From: Planctomycetota bacterium
GTDB lineage: Bacteria > Planctomycetota > UBA1135 > UBA2386
DNA length: 64,000 nt
Reading direction: 5' to 3'
Assembly (NCBI GenBank): GCA_046290465.1
Contig: JBKAGP010000001.1
Span: forward strand, 5,504,001-5,568,000
The translations under genes and the position numbers were made by a program. Positions 1 to 9,646 of the stretch are shown piece by piece. Each line of letters begins with the position of its first letter. Positions within the stretch are counted from its first letter, which is position 1. The notes beneath the pieces are model-generated. The model did no database searches. It was not told the origin of the DNA and saw nothing but the letters and a program-made list of their open reading frames with translations.

Positions 1-894
1 GTAGCCGAACCGCGCCATCACGAACGCTTCGCCGCGGGCCGCCGAGGTCACCGCGCCGTCGCTGACCTTGGCCGACGTCGGGTTGCTCGACGACATCAGC
101 GACAGCTCGGTGACGTCGCGCAGCGAGCCGTCCGAGTAGGTCGCGGTCACGACCAGCTGGTTGCTGCGTTCGGGGCCGGCGAGCACCAGTTCGTTCGGTT
201 CGACGCGCAGCGACACCAGCGACGGCACCGCGTCGCCGTCGTCGGCCGCGCCGTCGGCGATCCACGCCCGCAGCGTGTGCCACATCTCGCCGTCACGCTC
301 GAAGCGCTTGCCGCCCTTGTGCTTCACCTCGCCGGTCGGCTTGGTCAGCATCAGGCTCTCCTCGGGCGCGGCGCAGTCCATGCGCCGACCGCGGTAGTCG
401 CGGCTCAGAGCGCGCAGGTCGCGCGCGGGGTCGTAGCCGAACAGCGTCAGGCCGAAGCCGTTCTTGCCCGCGGCCGCGCCGTGGCAGGCGCCGCCGTTAC
501 AGCCGGCGCGCGTCAACACCGGGATCACGTCGTTGCGGTAGCTGACCGGCGGCTCGACCTCGGCGTCGCGCACGGTGACCGCGACGGTGGTGGTGTGGCC
601 CCCGTGCCGGACGTTGGCGACCGTCTCGCCGTCGCCGACCGGCAGCAGCTCGCCGTCACGCCACTCGGCGATGCCGGCCTTCGAGAAGGTCACCTCGGCC
701 GCAGCCGTGACGTCGACGGTCATGCCCTGCGCGTCGCTGCTGACCACGACCAGCCGGTGCGCGTCGAGGCCGCTGTCGAGCGTGACCTTGGCGGGGTAGG
801 CGGTCAGGCCGCCCTGGGCGCACGCGAGGCCGGTGGCGAGGGCCACCGCCAAGCCGGACCGCAGCGCGAGCCCGCAGCAGTTGGAGACGTTCAT
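1..894 (-). CDS. DUF1549/DUF1553-type planctomycete protein with Ig-like (Big_2) domains, 5' part (runs off window start)
   Basis: Absent from the ORF track; translated by hand from ATG 894: MNVSNCCGLALRSGLAVALATGLACAQ...SYRNDVIPVLTRAGCNGGACHGAAAGKNGFGLTLFGYDP...SLMLTKPTGEVKHKGG; typical third gene after DUF1501 and PPC genes. Confidence 0.8.
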   Translation of the reverse strand, partial: MNVSNCCGLALRSGLAVALATGLACAQGGLTAYPAKVTLDSGLDAHRLVVVSSDAQGMTVDVTAAAEVTFSKAGIAEWRDGELLPVGDGETVANVRHGGHTTTVAVTVRDAEVEPPVSYRNDVIPVLTRAGCNGGACHGAAAGKNGFGLTLFGYDPARDLRALSRDYRGRRMDCAAPEESLMLTKPTGEVKHKGGKRFERDGEMWHTLRAWIADGAADDGDAVPSLVSLRVEPNELVLAGPERSNQLVVTATYSDGSLRDVTELSLMSSSNPTSAKVSDGAVTSAARGEAFVMARFGY

Positions 895-3179
895 CGGGGT
901 TCCTTGTTGGCGGTTCCGCCGCGCAGCTCCGGCGGCAGGGGGCGGTCGACGCGCAGTTCGCCGCCACCGACCGTGTGGCTGACCACGCCGTCGGGCGTGG
1001 TGACGTGCAGCAGCAGGTAGATCGAACGGTGCCGACCCGGTGCGGCGTCGGCGGCGGCGGTCAGCGCGATCGGCAGGTCCGTCGTCGCCTTCGCGATCGA
1101 CGGCACCTCGTAGGCCACGCCCTTGGGCAGTCGGCCGATCTCGACGGAGACCTCACCGTCGAACTCGCGCTTGCGTTCGAGTTCGACCGCGAACGTGGCC
1201 TGCTGGCCCTGCTCCATCTTGGCGCGCGGCAGCTTGGCGGTGATCCACGGTTCCTGCACGTCGAGCTGCAGCACGTCGCTGCTGACGGCGCGGCGCACGC
1301 TGCCCGACGCGTAGCTGGCGGACAGCACGATCGGCACGCTGCCGAGGCTCGCGCGCGAGTTGGCGTTGAGCGTCAGCGTGCCCTCGCTCTTGCCCTTGCG
1401 CAGCGTCAGCGTCGTGGCCGAGACGCCGGCCGGCAACCACATCGCGCGCACCGTCACCGTGCTGGCGAACTTGTCGGCGCGTTCGATCCGCACCTTCAGG
1501 GTCAGCCGACCGCTGCGCACGATCGGGACCTTCGGGGAGGTCGCGACGACCGCGAACGGCACCGGCGAGGTCACCGCGACCGGCAGCGCGCGCAGCGTGC
1601 GGTTCTCGTAGGAGACGTTGTTGCGCACGCGCAGCGTCGGGTAGCGATGCAGGTGCTGGACCTCACGTTGGTGCGGTTCCTGGTCGGCCTGCATGCGCGG
1701 CATCGCCAGCGAGTTGCCGAGTTCTGCGTCGGGCGCGGCGCTCAGCACGACCGGCACGAAGCCGGCCGTCGGCACGCGCACCGGGCGCACCGTGACGCCG
1801 GGCGGCAGCGCGGCCCAGTCGAGCGTGATGCCGGCGCGCAGGTCGACGCCCGCGGTCTGCACGACGGTCGCGTTGCGGCCGCCCTGCGGCACGCTGACCC
1901 CGAAGTACTCCGAGCGGCGACCGGGCACGGCTTCCGAGGTGCCGGCGGTGCCGGCCAGGGCGCCGATCTCGAGGCGGTAGAACATGTCGGCGCCGCCGCG
2001 CCACAGGTGGTCGCGCACGGTGACGAAGTAGGTGCCGTCGGCAGGCGCCGTGAAGCGCACGCGGCCGTCGAGGCCGATGCCGTCGTCGTTGGAGGTCAGC
2101 GCCTTGTCCTTGGCGTCGCGGACGACCAGCACCGGGTCGACCGGCGACAGCAGGCCGCGGGCCAGGGCGCGGATCTCGAGGCGTTGGCCCTTGTTGGCGC
2201 GGAACAGGTGGTAGTCGGCTTCGCGTGGCTCGGCGAGCACGCCGTGGAACGCGCAAGGAGCGGTCGGCGCCTCCTTCGGCTTTATGGCCTCGACGAAGTT
2301 CGGGCGGTCGTCGACGATCATCCGGATCGGCGACGGGGTGACCTTGCCGTCGACGATCGGGAACACCTCGTGCATGCCGACGCGTTGCGGCAGCGTCACC
2401 TCGGCCTTGGCGGCGACGAGGTCGCCGATCAGGTCGACCTCGACCGTCTCGCCCGGGCGGCCGCCGGCCGGCAGCGCGCCGATCGGCCGCGGGAACGTGC
2501 CGATGTGCAGGCGGTAGGCGCCATACGACGAACCGCGGTAGGCGACGTCGCGCAGCGCCACGTGGTAGGTGCCGTCCTGTTCGGCGCGGAACGCCGCCCA
2601 GGGATCGGCGCGCCCGATCGAACTCTCGTCGGCGCGCAGCACCATCTCGCCGTCGGGGCCGAACACCTCGAACTGCAGGTCGAGGTCGTAGAGGCCGAGG
2701 CGCACGCCCTCCGCCTCGATGCGGATCGGCTGGCCCTTGCTGGCGTCGAACGCATACCAGTCGACGTCCTCGGCGAGGATGCGGCCGTCGACGGTGGTCT
2801 CGAGCGCGACCTTCTGTGCGGTCTCCCGGCTGTCGTGGTCCTTCGCCTCGGCGACCGACGGCAGCGCGCCGACGCGCAGGAACTTGGCGCGGGTGATGCC
2901 GCGCCGGGTCTGCAGAGCGAACGGATAGACGCCGAGCTCGGCATCCTCGGGCACGTGCACCTTCAGGTAGACGCGGTCGCGCTTGTGGCCGCTCAGCTCG
3001 ATCAGCTCGAGCCCTTCGCGCAGCCAGATGACCGAGATCGTGTCGTCGAGGTCGCGGCCGTAGCAGCGGAACGTCGCGGTGTCGCCGCGGGTCGCGCCGG
3101 CCGGCAGCACCAGCCGCAGGTCCTGCGCCGTCGCGGCAACCGCCAGCGCCAGCGCGGCCGCGATGCCCGGGACGTTCAC
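891..3179 (-). CDS. Secreted PPC (pre-peptidase C-terminal) domain protein of the DUF1501 cassette
   Basis: GTG start overlaps the DUF1501 stop (GTGA); signal peptide ending ATAQ; motifs VDGRILAEDVDWYAF, SPVDPVLVVRD, FYRLEIG. Confidence 0.8.
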   Translation of the reverse strand: MNVPGIAAALALAVAATAQDLRLVLPAGATRGDTATFRCYGRDLDDTISVIWLREGLELIELSGHKRDRVYLKVHVPEDAELGVYPFALQTRRGITRAKFLRVGALPSVAEAKDHDSRETAQKVALETTVDGRILAEDVDWYAFDASKGQPIRIEAEGVRLGLYDLDLQFEVFGPDGEMVLRADESSIGRADPWAAFRAEQDGTYHVALRDVAYRGSSYGAYRLHIGTFPRPIGALPAGGRPGETVEVDLIGDLVAAKAEVTLPQRVGMHEVFPIVDGKVTPSPIRMIVDDRPNFVEAIKPKEAPTAPCAFHGVLAEPREADYHLFRANKGQRLEIRALARGLLSPVDPVLVVRDAKDKALTSNDDGIGLDGRVRFTAPADGTYFVTVRDHLWRGGADMFYRLEIGALAGTAGTSEAVPGRRSEYFGVSVPQGGRNATVVQTAGVDLRAGITLDWAALPPGVTVRPVRVPTAGFVPVVLSAAPDAELGNSLAMPRMQADQEPHQREVQHLHRYPTLRVRNNVSYENRTLRALPVAVTSPVPFAVVATSPKVPIVRSGRLTLKVRIERADKFASTVTVRAMWLPAGVSATTLTLRKGKSEGTLTLNANSRASLGSVPIVLSASYASGSVRRAVSSDVLQLDVQEPWITAKLPRAKMEQGQQATFAVELERKREFDGEVSVEIGRLPKGVAYEVPSIAKATTDLPIALTAAADAAPGRHRSIYLLLHVTTPDGVVSHTVGGGELRVDRPLPPELRGGTANKEPR

Positions 3180-4489
3180 GCCAACAGCTCCCGGACGACG
3201 CTGCCGCCGCGCACGATGTCGATCGGGCGATCGCCGGGGCTCATCAGGCGCTTGTGCGGGTCGATGCCGAGCTGCGTGAACATGGTGGCGGCGAAGTCCG
3301 CCGGGGACGTCGGGCGTTCGCTCGGCTCGCCGCCGCTCGGATCGGAGGCGCCGTGCACGTAGCCGCGCTTGAGGCCGCCGCCGGCCGCGACCAGCGAGAA
3401 CACCCGCGGCCAGTGGTCGCGTCCCTGGGTCCGGTTGACGCGCGGCGTGCGGCCGAACTCGGTCGACAGCACGACCATCGTCTTGTCGAGCATGCCGCGC
3501 TCGTCGAGGTCGGAGATCAGCGCGGCCAGCGCCTGGTCGACCGGTGGCAGCTGGCGGCGCATCGCGTCGCTGATGCGTTCGTGGTGGTCCCAGCCGCCCG
3601 ACGGGATCGCGACGAAGCGCACGCCGGCGGCGACCAGGCGGCGCGCCAACAGCAGGCGCTGGCCGATCGTCGTGCGCCCGTAGCGGTCGCGCGTCTTGCC
3701 GTCCTCCTGCTCGATCTTGAACGCCTCCTGCGCCTTCGGCGAGTCGATCAGGTTCCAGGCCTGACGGTAGAACTCGTGCGTCGCCGAGATGCCGTCGGCG
3801 GCGCCGTCGAAGCCCGAGTCCAGTTCGGCCAGCATGCGGCGGCGACGTTCCTTGCGCGCGTCGTCGAGCTTGCTCGACGGGCCGAGGTCCTTGACCTGGA
3901 AGCCGCTGCTGGACGGTTCGCCGCCGACGCTGAACGGTCCGTACGCCGAGCTCAGGTAGCCGGTGCCGAGGTCCGGTTCGCGGGCGCCCGGCACGCAGAC
4001 GTACGGCGGCAGGTCGTTGCGCACCCCCAGCTCGTGGCTGACCACCGCGCCGAAGCTCGGGTAGACGATCGCCGGGCTCGGGCGGTAGCCGGTCAGCATG
4101 TTGTGCCGGCCGCGCTCGTGGGCCGCCTCGGTGTGCGTCATCGAACGCACCACGGTCAGCTTGTCGGCGACCTTGGCGAGGTTGCGGCACAGCTCCGAGA
4201 AGCGCACGTCGTCGAGCTTCGTCGGGACCGAGCGGAACGGGCCGCGCGTGTCGACCGGTGCGTCCGGCTTCGGATCGAACGAGTCGATGTGGCTCATGCC
4301 GCCGCCCAGGTAGATCTGGATCACGGCTTCGGCGCGCGGCTCGAGCAACGAGCCCGGGGCCGGCTCGGCCAGCGCTGGGGCGCGCCATTGCGCCGGCATC
4401 GCCGCGGCGAGGCCGAGGCTCGCCGAGCCTGCCAGGAAGGACCGGCGATCGAGGTGGGCGGACGAACGGGGGGCTGCGTCGTGGCTCAT
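3176..4489 (-). CDS. DUF1501 domain protein (Tat-like N-terminus)
   Basis: LDRRSFL; IYLGGGMSHIDSFDPKP; LLARRLVAAGVRFV; GWDHH; TEFGRTPRVN...GRDHW. Confidence 0.92.
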   Translation of the reverse strand: MSHDAAPRSSAHLDRRSFLAGSASLGLAAAMPAQWRAPALAEPAPGSLLEPRAEAVIQIYLGGGMSHIDSFDPKPDAPVDTRGPFRSVPTKLDDVRFSELCRNLAKVADKLTVVRSMTHTEAAHERGRHNMLTGYRPSPAIVYPSFGAVVSHELGVRNDLPPYVCVPGAREPDLGTGYLSSAYGPFSVGGEPSSSGFQVKDLGPSSKLDDARKERRRRMLAELDSGFDGAADGISATHEFYRQAWNLIDSPKAQEAFKIEQEDGKTRDRYGRTTIGQRLLLARRLVAAGVRFVAIPSGGWDHHERISDAMRRQLPPVDQALAALISDLDERGMLDKTMVVLSTEFGRTPRVNRTQGRDHWPRVFSLVAAGGGLKRGYVHGASDPSGGEPSERPTSPADFAATMFTQLGIDPHKRLMSPGDRPIDIVRGGSVVRELLA

Positions 4490-4741
4490 GGGCGTGGCTC
4501 GTCGAGGCGGTCGGATCGGGCGCGATCGGACGATCGAAATGCTACCGTAGACGGCTCGCAGCGGGCGTTTTGGGCTGGTGCACTTCCCTTACAGCGAGCC
4601 TGTCGCGGCCCGGCGGCTGGCGCAGCAGGGGCCGGGTGGGGGCGCGCGATGTTCCCGACCTGGCCGATCGGCGCTGACGTCGGCTGCCGGTGCGGGTCCA
4701 ATGCCGAACGTCCCCGGATCCCGCACCCACACGAGGCCCGC

Positions 4742-5473
4742 ATGCGCATCGTCGCCCTGTTGATTACGTCGTGGTTCGTAGCCGTCCATGCCATCGGCCA
4801 GGACGACGTGCTCGCCGTCGAACGCAAGTCGGATCTGGCGGGCCACGCGCGGCTGGTGCAGGCCCTGCACCGCAACCGCGTCAGCGTCACCGCGACGGAG
4901 CTGGGCGCGCGCGAGCTGTGCCGGTTCCTGAGCGCCTCGCTGGCGGACGCGACGACGTTCCACTGCCGTGCCTCGCACGCGGACGATGCGCCGAAACTCG
5001 ACCTCGAACTGCGCGGCACGTCGCTGTGGTCGCTGATGTCGATCGCGCAGATGGAGACGGGCCTGCGGTTCGTCTACCGATTCGGCGTCGTGTTCCTGGT
5101 GCCCGAGGACGACGTCCGGCCGTGGACCCACCTCGAGGTCTACGACCTGCGCGGGATGGTCGCGACGCTGCGGCAGTTCCCCGGCCCGGAGCTCGGTCTG
5201 GGCATCGATCGCGGCGAACGGCCGCTGTTCCCGGAGCCGATCGAGACCGAGCAGACCATCAGCGGCTTCACCGCCGACGGCATCGAGGAGCTGCTGCGAA
5301 CCAGCGTGCGGCCGGACACGTGGGAGCGCGACGGCGTCAAGCTGATCAACCAGAACGGCCTGTTCCTGATCCGCCAGTCGCCCCAGGTCCACGACGAGAT
5401 CGAGCTGCTGTTGTTCCGCGTCGGCCTCAAGTCCCCGAGCCGCCGCCTGCTCCACCGTCGCGGCCTGCGCTGA
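4742..5473 (+). CDS. Secreted hypothetical protein with secretin N-domain-like features
   Basis: Signal peptide MRIVALLITSWFVAVHAIGQ; EVYDLRGM, IEELLRTSVRPDTWE, LIRQSPQVHDEIELLL resemble planctomycete secretin-N/STN repeats. Confidence 0.55.
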   Translation: MRIVALLITSWFVAVHAIGQDDVLAVERKSDLAGHARLVQALHRNRVSVTATELGARELCRFLSASLADATTFHCRASHADDAPKLDLELRGTSLWSLMSIAQMETGLRFVYRFGVVFLVPEDDVRPWTHLEVYDLRGMVATLRQFPGPELGLGIDRGERPLFPEPIETEQTISGFTADGIEELLRTSVRPDTWERDGVKLINQNGLFLIRQSPQVHDEIELLLFRVGLKSPSRRLLHRRGLR

Positions 5474-5577
5474 CCCAGACACCGCATACCGAACCGGGTT
5501 CATCCTGCGCCACTTGTCGCGTGCATGCGCGCGACAAGTGGCGCAGGATGAACCCGGTTCGGTATGCGGTGTCTGGG
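5474..5577. repeat. 104-bp near-perfect palindrome (REP-like) right after a stop codon
   Basis: cccagacaccgcataccgaaccgggttcatcctgcgccacttgtcgc-gtgcatgcgc-gcgacaagtggcgcaggatgaacccggttcggtatgcggtgtctggg; one G:T mismatch near the centre. Confidence 0.95.
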
Positions 5578-5674
5578 CGGTCTTCGTCTGGGGCCTGCTA
5601 CGTCGAAAGTACCGCCGGTCCGGGGCATTGTTCTGGCGGTCGAGGGACCGTGCGTTCGTCGGCCGGGGAGACCC

Positions 5675-6079
5675 ATGATCGAGACCTTCGTGTTCGCCGC
5701 CGGCGCGACCCAGCTGGGCATCGCGCTCGCGAGCCTGGCATTGCCGCGCATCCTCGGCTGGCGTGAGCAGACGGCGCGGCTCGAGCCGCTGACGCGCCAC
5801 GTGTTCTGGACCTACGCGGTCTACATCTTCTGCACCAACATGTTCTTCGCCGGGGTTTCGATGCTGCGGCCGGAGCTGTTGACGGACGGCACGCCGCTGG
5901 CGCGCACGTTCTGTGGCTTCGTCACCGCGTATTGGGGCGGGCGCGTCGCGATCCAGCTGTTCGCCTACCGACAGGCGAGGCCGAAGGGGTGGTTCTTCGC
6001 GCTTGCGGACATCGGCTTCCTGCTCGCGTTCGTGTTCCTGACCGCGGTCTACGCGACCGCGATGCTGGTCGAGCTCTGA
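5675..6079 (+). CDS. Small membrane protein (about 4 TM helices)
   Basis: GGGGAG upstream of ATG 5675; hydrophobic segments; 1 bp from the MBOAT gene. Confidence 0.75.
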   Translation: MIETFVFAAGATQLGIALASLALPRILGWREQTARLEPLTRHVFWTYAVYIFCTNMFFAGVSMLRPELLTDGTPLARTFCGFVTAYWGGRVAIQLFAYRQARPKGWFFALADIGFLLAFVFLTAVYATAMLVEL

Positions 6080-6080
6080 C

Positions 6081-7055
6081 GTGCCGGGTTACGTGCCGAC
6101 GACCGCCGCGGTGCTGTGGGCCGTGCTCGGCGGCCTGGCGCTGCTCGGCACCTACGGGTTCGTGCTGCAGCGGTCGGCGCGGCGGTGGGGGCGACCGCTC
6201 GCGTGGCTGGTGGCGGTGGCGGTGGTCTGGTTCGCGCACCGGCAGCTCGACGGCGAAGGTGCCGGCTTCCGCATGCTGGCGCTGGTTGCGCTGCTGGCCG
6301 CCGCGATGAAGGCCGTCGTGGCGGTCGAGGCGCGCCTCGGCGGTCGGCCGGCGCTGGCGCCGCTCGGCTGGACCGCGTTCGTCGCGGGCTGGCTCGGCAT
6401 GCAGCCGCGGTGGTTCGAACGGCGCCGCCTCGGGGCGCGCGCCAAGTCGGTGCTCGCGCTGCTGCTGCGCAGCGTCGGCTGGATGGTGGCCGGCGTGCTG
6501 ACGTGGTGGCTGCTGCGCGCGCTCTACCGTGAACTCGGCGAACCCGCCTGGCGTTGGCTTTCGACCTTCGCGGTGGTCGCGTTCAGCATGACGATGCACT
6601 TCGGCGTCATGGGTGCACACGCGGCACTGCTGCGCGCCTGCGGCTTCCAGGTCGATCCGCAGTTCAAGGCGCCGTGGCTGGCGCAGAACCTGCGCGAGTT
6701 CTGGGCGCTGCGCTGGAACCTCGCATTCTCGACGCTGACGCAGCTGGCGGTGCACCGGCCGCTGTCGCGCGTGGCCGGCGACGGCGGCGCGACGGCGGCG
6801 GGCTTCCTGTTCAGCGGACTGCTGCACGAGGTCGCCTGCAGCGTGCCGGTGATGGCCGGCTTCGGCTGGCCGACGGCTTACTTCGCGCTGCACGCGGTCG
6901 CGGTCGCCGCCGAGGACCTGCTGGCCCGACGCGGCGTGCGAATCGGTGGCGCGTGGGGGCGTGCCTGGACGTTCGCGTGGCTGCTCGCGCCGCTGCCGCT
7001 GCTGTTCCACGAACCGTTCGCGCGCGGGGTGCTGTTGCCGCTGCTGCAGGCTTGA
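6081..7055 (+). CDS. Membrane-bound O-acyltransferase (MBOAT/wax synthase type)
   Basis: QFKAPWLAQNLREFWALRWNLAF; FLFSGLLHE with catalytic His; multi-TM. Confidence 0.85.
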   Translation: MPGYVPTTAAVLWAVLGGLALLGTYGFVLQRSARRWGRPLAWLVAVAVVWFAHRQLDGEGAGFRMLALVALLAAAMKAVVAVEARLGGRPALAPLGWTAFVAGWLGMQPRWFERRRLGARAKSVLALLLRSVGWMVAGVLTWWLLRALYRELGEPAWRWLSTFAVVAFSMTMHFGVMGAHAALLRACGFQVDPQFKAPWLAQNLREFWALRWNLAFSTLTQLAVHRPLSRVAGDGGATAAGFLFSGLLHEVACSVPVMAGFGWPTAYFALHAVAVAAEDLLARRGVRIGGAWGRAWTFAWLLAPLPLLFHEPFARGVLLPLLQA

Positions 7056-7110
7056 CGCCGACGCGTGAGGTGCGATCGTGGCGCCGCGCCGCCCCGCGCG
7101 CCACGACCCC

Positions 7111-8322
7111 ATGTCCCGACTCCGCTTCGCCTCGCTCTCCTGCGGCCTGCTCGCCGCGCTCCCGATGTCGCTGTCCGCGCAGGACGGCGGCTGGACCTCG
7201 CTGTTCGACGGCAAGTCGCTCGACGGCTGGACCCAGCGCAACGGCACCGCCAGCTACGAGGTGAAGGACGGTGCGATCGTCGGCACGACGGTCAAGGGCA
7301 GCCCGAACTCGTTCTTGTGCAGCGATCGGTTCTACGGCGACTTCGAACTCGAGTTCGAGGTCAAGCTGTTCGACGACCGGCTCAACTCGGGTGTGCAGAT
7401 CCGCAGCCACTCGTTTGCGAGCCACAAGAAGGGTCGCGTGCACGGCTACCAGGTCGAGGTCTCGACCAACGGACACGCCGGCTTCGTCTACGACGAGGCG
7501 CGCCGGGGCTGGCTCAGCAACGACCGCGACGACCCGCTGCGCCGCGCGGCGTTCAAGAACGGCGAGTGGAACCGCTACCGCGTGATCTGTCTCGGCCCGA
7601 CGATCCGCACCTGGGTCAACGACGTGCAGATCGCCAACATCGTCGACGACGTGTCGCCGAGCGGCTTCCTCGGCCTGCAGGTACACTCGGTCGGCGGCGA
7701 TCCGAAGTGGCAGGTCGCGTGGCGCAACCTGCGCATCCGCGAGCTCGGCGACGGCGGCGGCTTTGCGCCGTTGTTCAACGGCAAGGACCTCACCGGCTGG
7801 AAGGTCAACGAGAACCCGGACTCGGTGCGCGTCGAGGACGGCGCGATCGTCGTGCGCGGCGAGCGCGCCCACGTCTTCTACGACGGCCCGGTCTACCACC
7901 ACGACTTCAAGAACTTCGAGCTGCGCGCGCTGGTGATGACGAAGAAGAACGCCAACTCCGGCGTCTACTTCCACACGCAGTTCCAGCAGAACGGATGGCC
8001 GGCCAAGGGCTACGAGGTGCAGGTCAACAACTCGCAGTCGGACTGGCGGCGGACCGGCGGGCTCTACGCGATCCAGGACGTCAAGGAGGCGCCCGCGCAG
8101 GACGACAAGTGGTTCCTGCTCGAGGTGCGCGTCGTCGGCAAGCACGTCACGATCAAGGTCGACGGCAAGACCACCGCCGACTACGTCGAGCCCGACGACG
8201 TCAAGCGGCAGCGCGGCTTCGAAGGCCGCCTGATCGGCCGCGGCACGTTCGCGCTGCAGTGCCACGATCCGGGCTCCGAGGTCCGCTTCAAGGACCTCGC
8301 CGTCCGCCCCCTGCCCGAGTAG
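7111..8322 (+). CDS. Tandem DUF1080 (3-keto-disaccharide hydrolase family) secreted protein
   Basis: Two repeats: SLFDGKSLDGW...NSGVQIRS...GFLGLQVH and PLFNGKDLTGW...NSGVYFH...FALQCHD. Confidence 0.9.
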   Translation: MSRLRFASLSCGLLAALPMSLSAQDGGWTSLFDGKSLDGWTQRNGTASYEVKDGAIVGTTVKGSPNSFLCSDRFYGDFELEFEVKLFDDRLNSGVQIRSHSFASHKKGRVHGYQVEVSTNGHAGFVYDEARRGWLSNDRDDPLRRAAFKNGEWNRYRVICLGPTIRTWVNDVQIANIVDDVSPSGFLGLQVHSVGGDPKWQVAWRNLRIRELGDGGGFAPLFNGKDLTGWKVNENPDSVRVEDGAIVVRGERAHVFYDGPVYHHDFKNFELRALVMTKKNANSGVYFHTQFQQNGWPAKGYEVQVNNSQSDWRRTGGLYAIQDVKEAPAQDDKWFLLEVRVVGKHVTIKVDGKTTADYVEPDDVKRQRGFEGRLIGRGTFALQCHDPGSEVRFKDLAVRPLPE

Positions 8323-8333
8323 CGGTACGGTAC

Positions 8334-8389
8334 CTGGTTCATCCTCCGACTTGCCGCTGCGCGCTCGCGGAAGTCGGAGGATGAACCAG
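8334..8389. repeat. Inverted repeat with 19-bp arms between convergent genes (REP-like, possible bidirectional terminator)
   Basis: ctggttcatcctccgactt ... aagtcggaggatgaaccag; shares ggttcatcct with the 5474 palindrome. Confidence 0.85.
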
Positions 8390-8404
8390 TCGCAGTCGAC
8401 GCGC

Positions 8405-9454
<1,050 letters not shown>

Positions 9455-9646
9455 ATGCCGACTGCTAGAGCAGGTCGGCCGCGCCAGGTCCGCCTTTCGG
9501 TTCTCCGTTCGGCCGCCGTGGGCAATGCGAGCGGGGAGGCGTTCCGCCCAGGCATCCAGGTCCCAACCTGGGACGAACTCCTCGGCCGTAATCCGGATAG
9601 ACTCCTACGTCCTGCCTCCCCCGATTTCGATCGGTCGTCTCCGCCA

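Noticed and set aside
1..4489. DUF1501-PPC-DUF1549 cassette as a novel system
   Set aside because: Uncharacterised, but a very common and well-noted planctomycete cassette.
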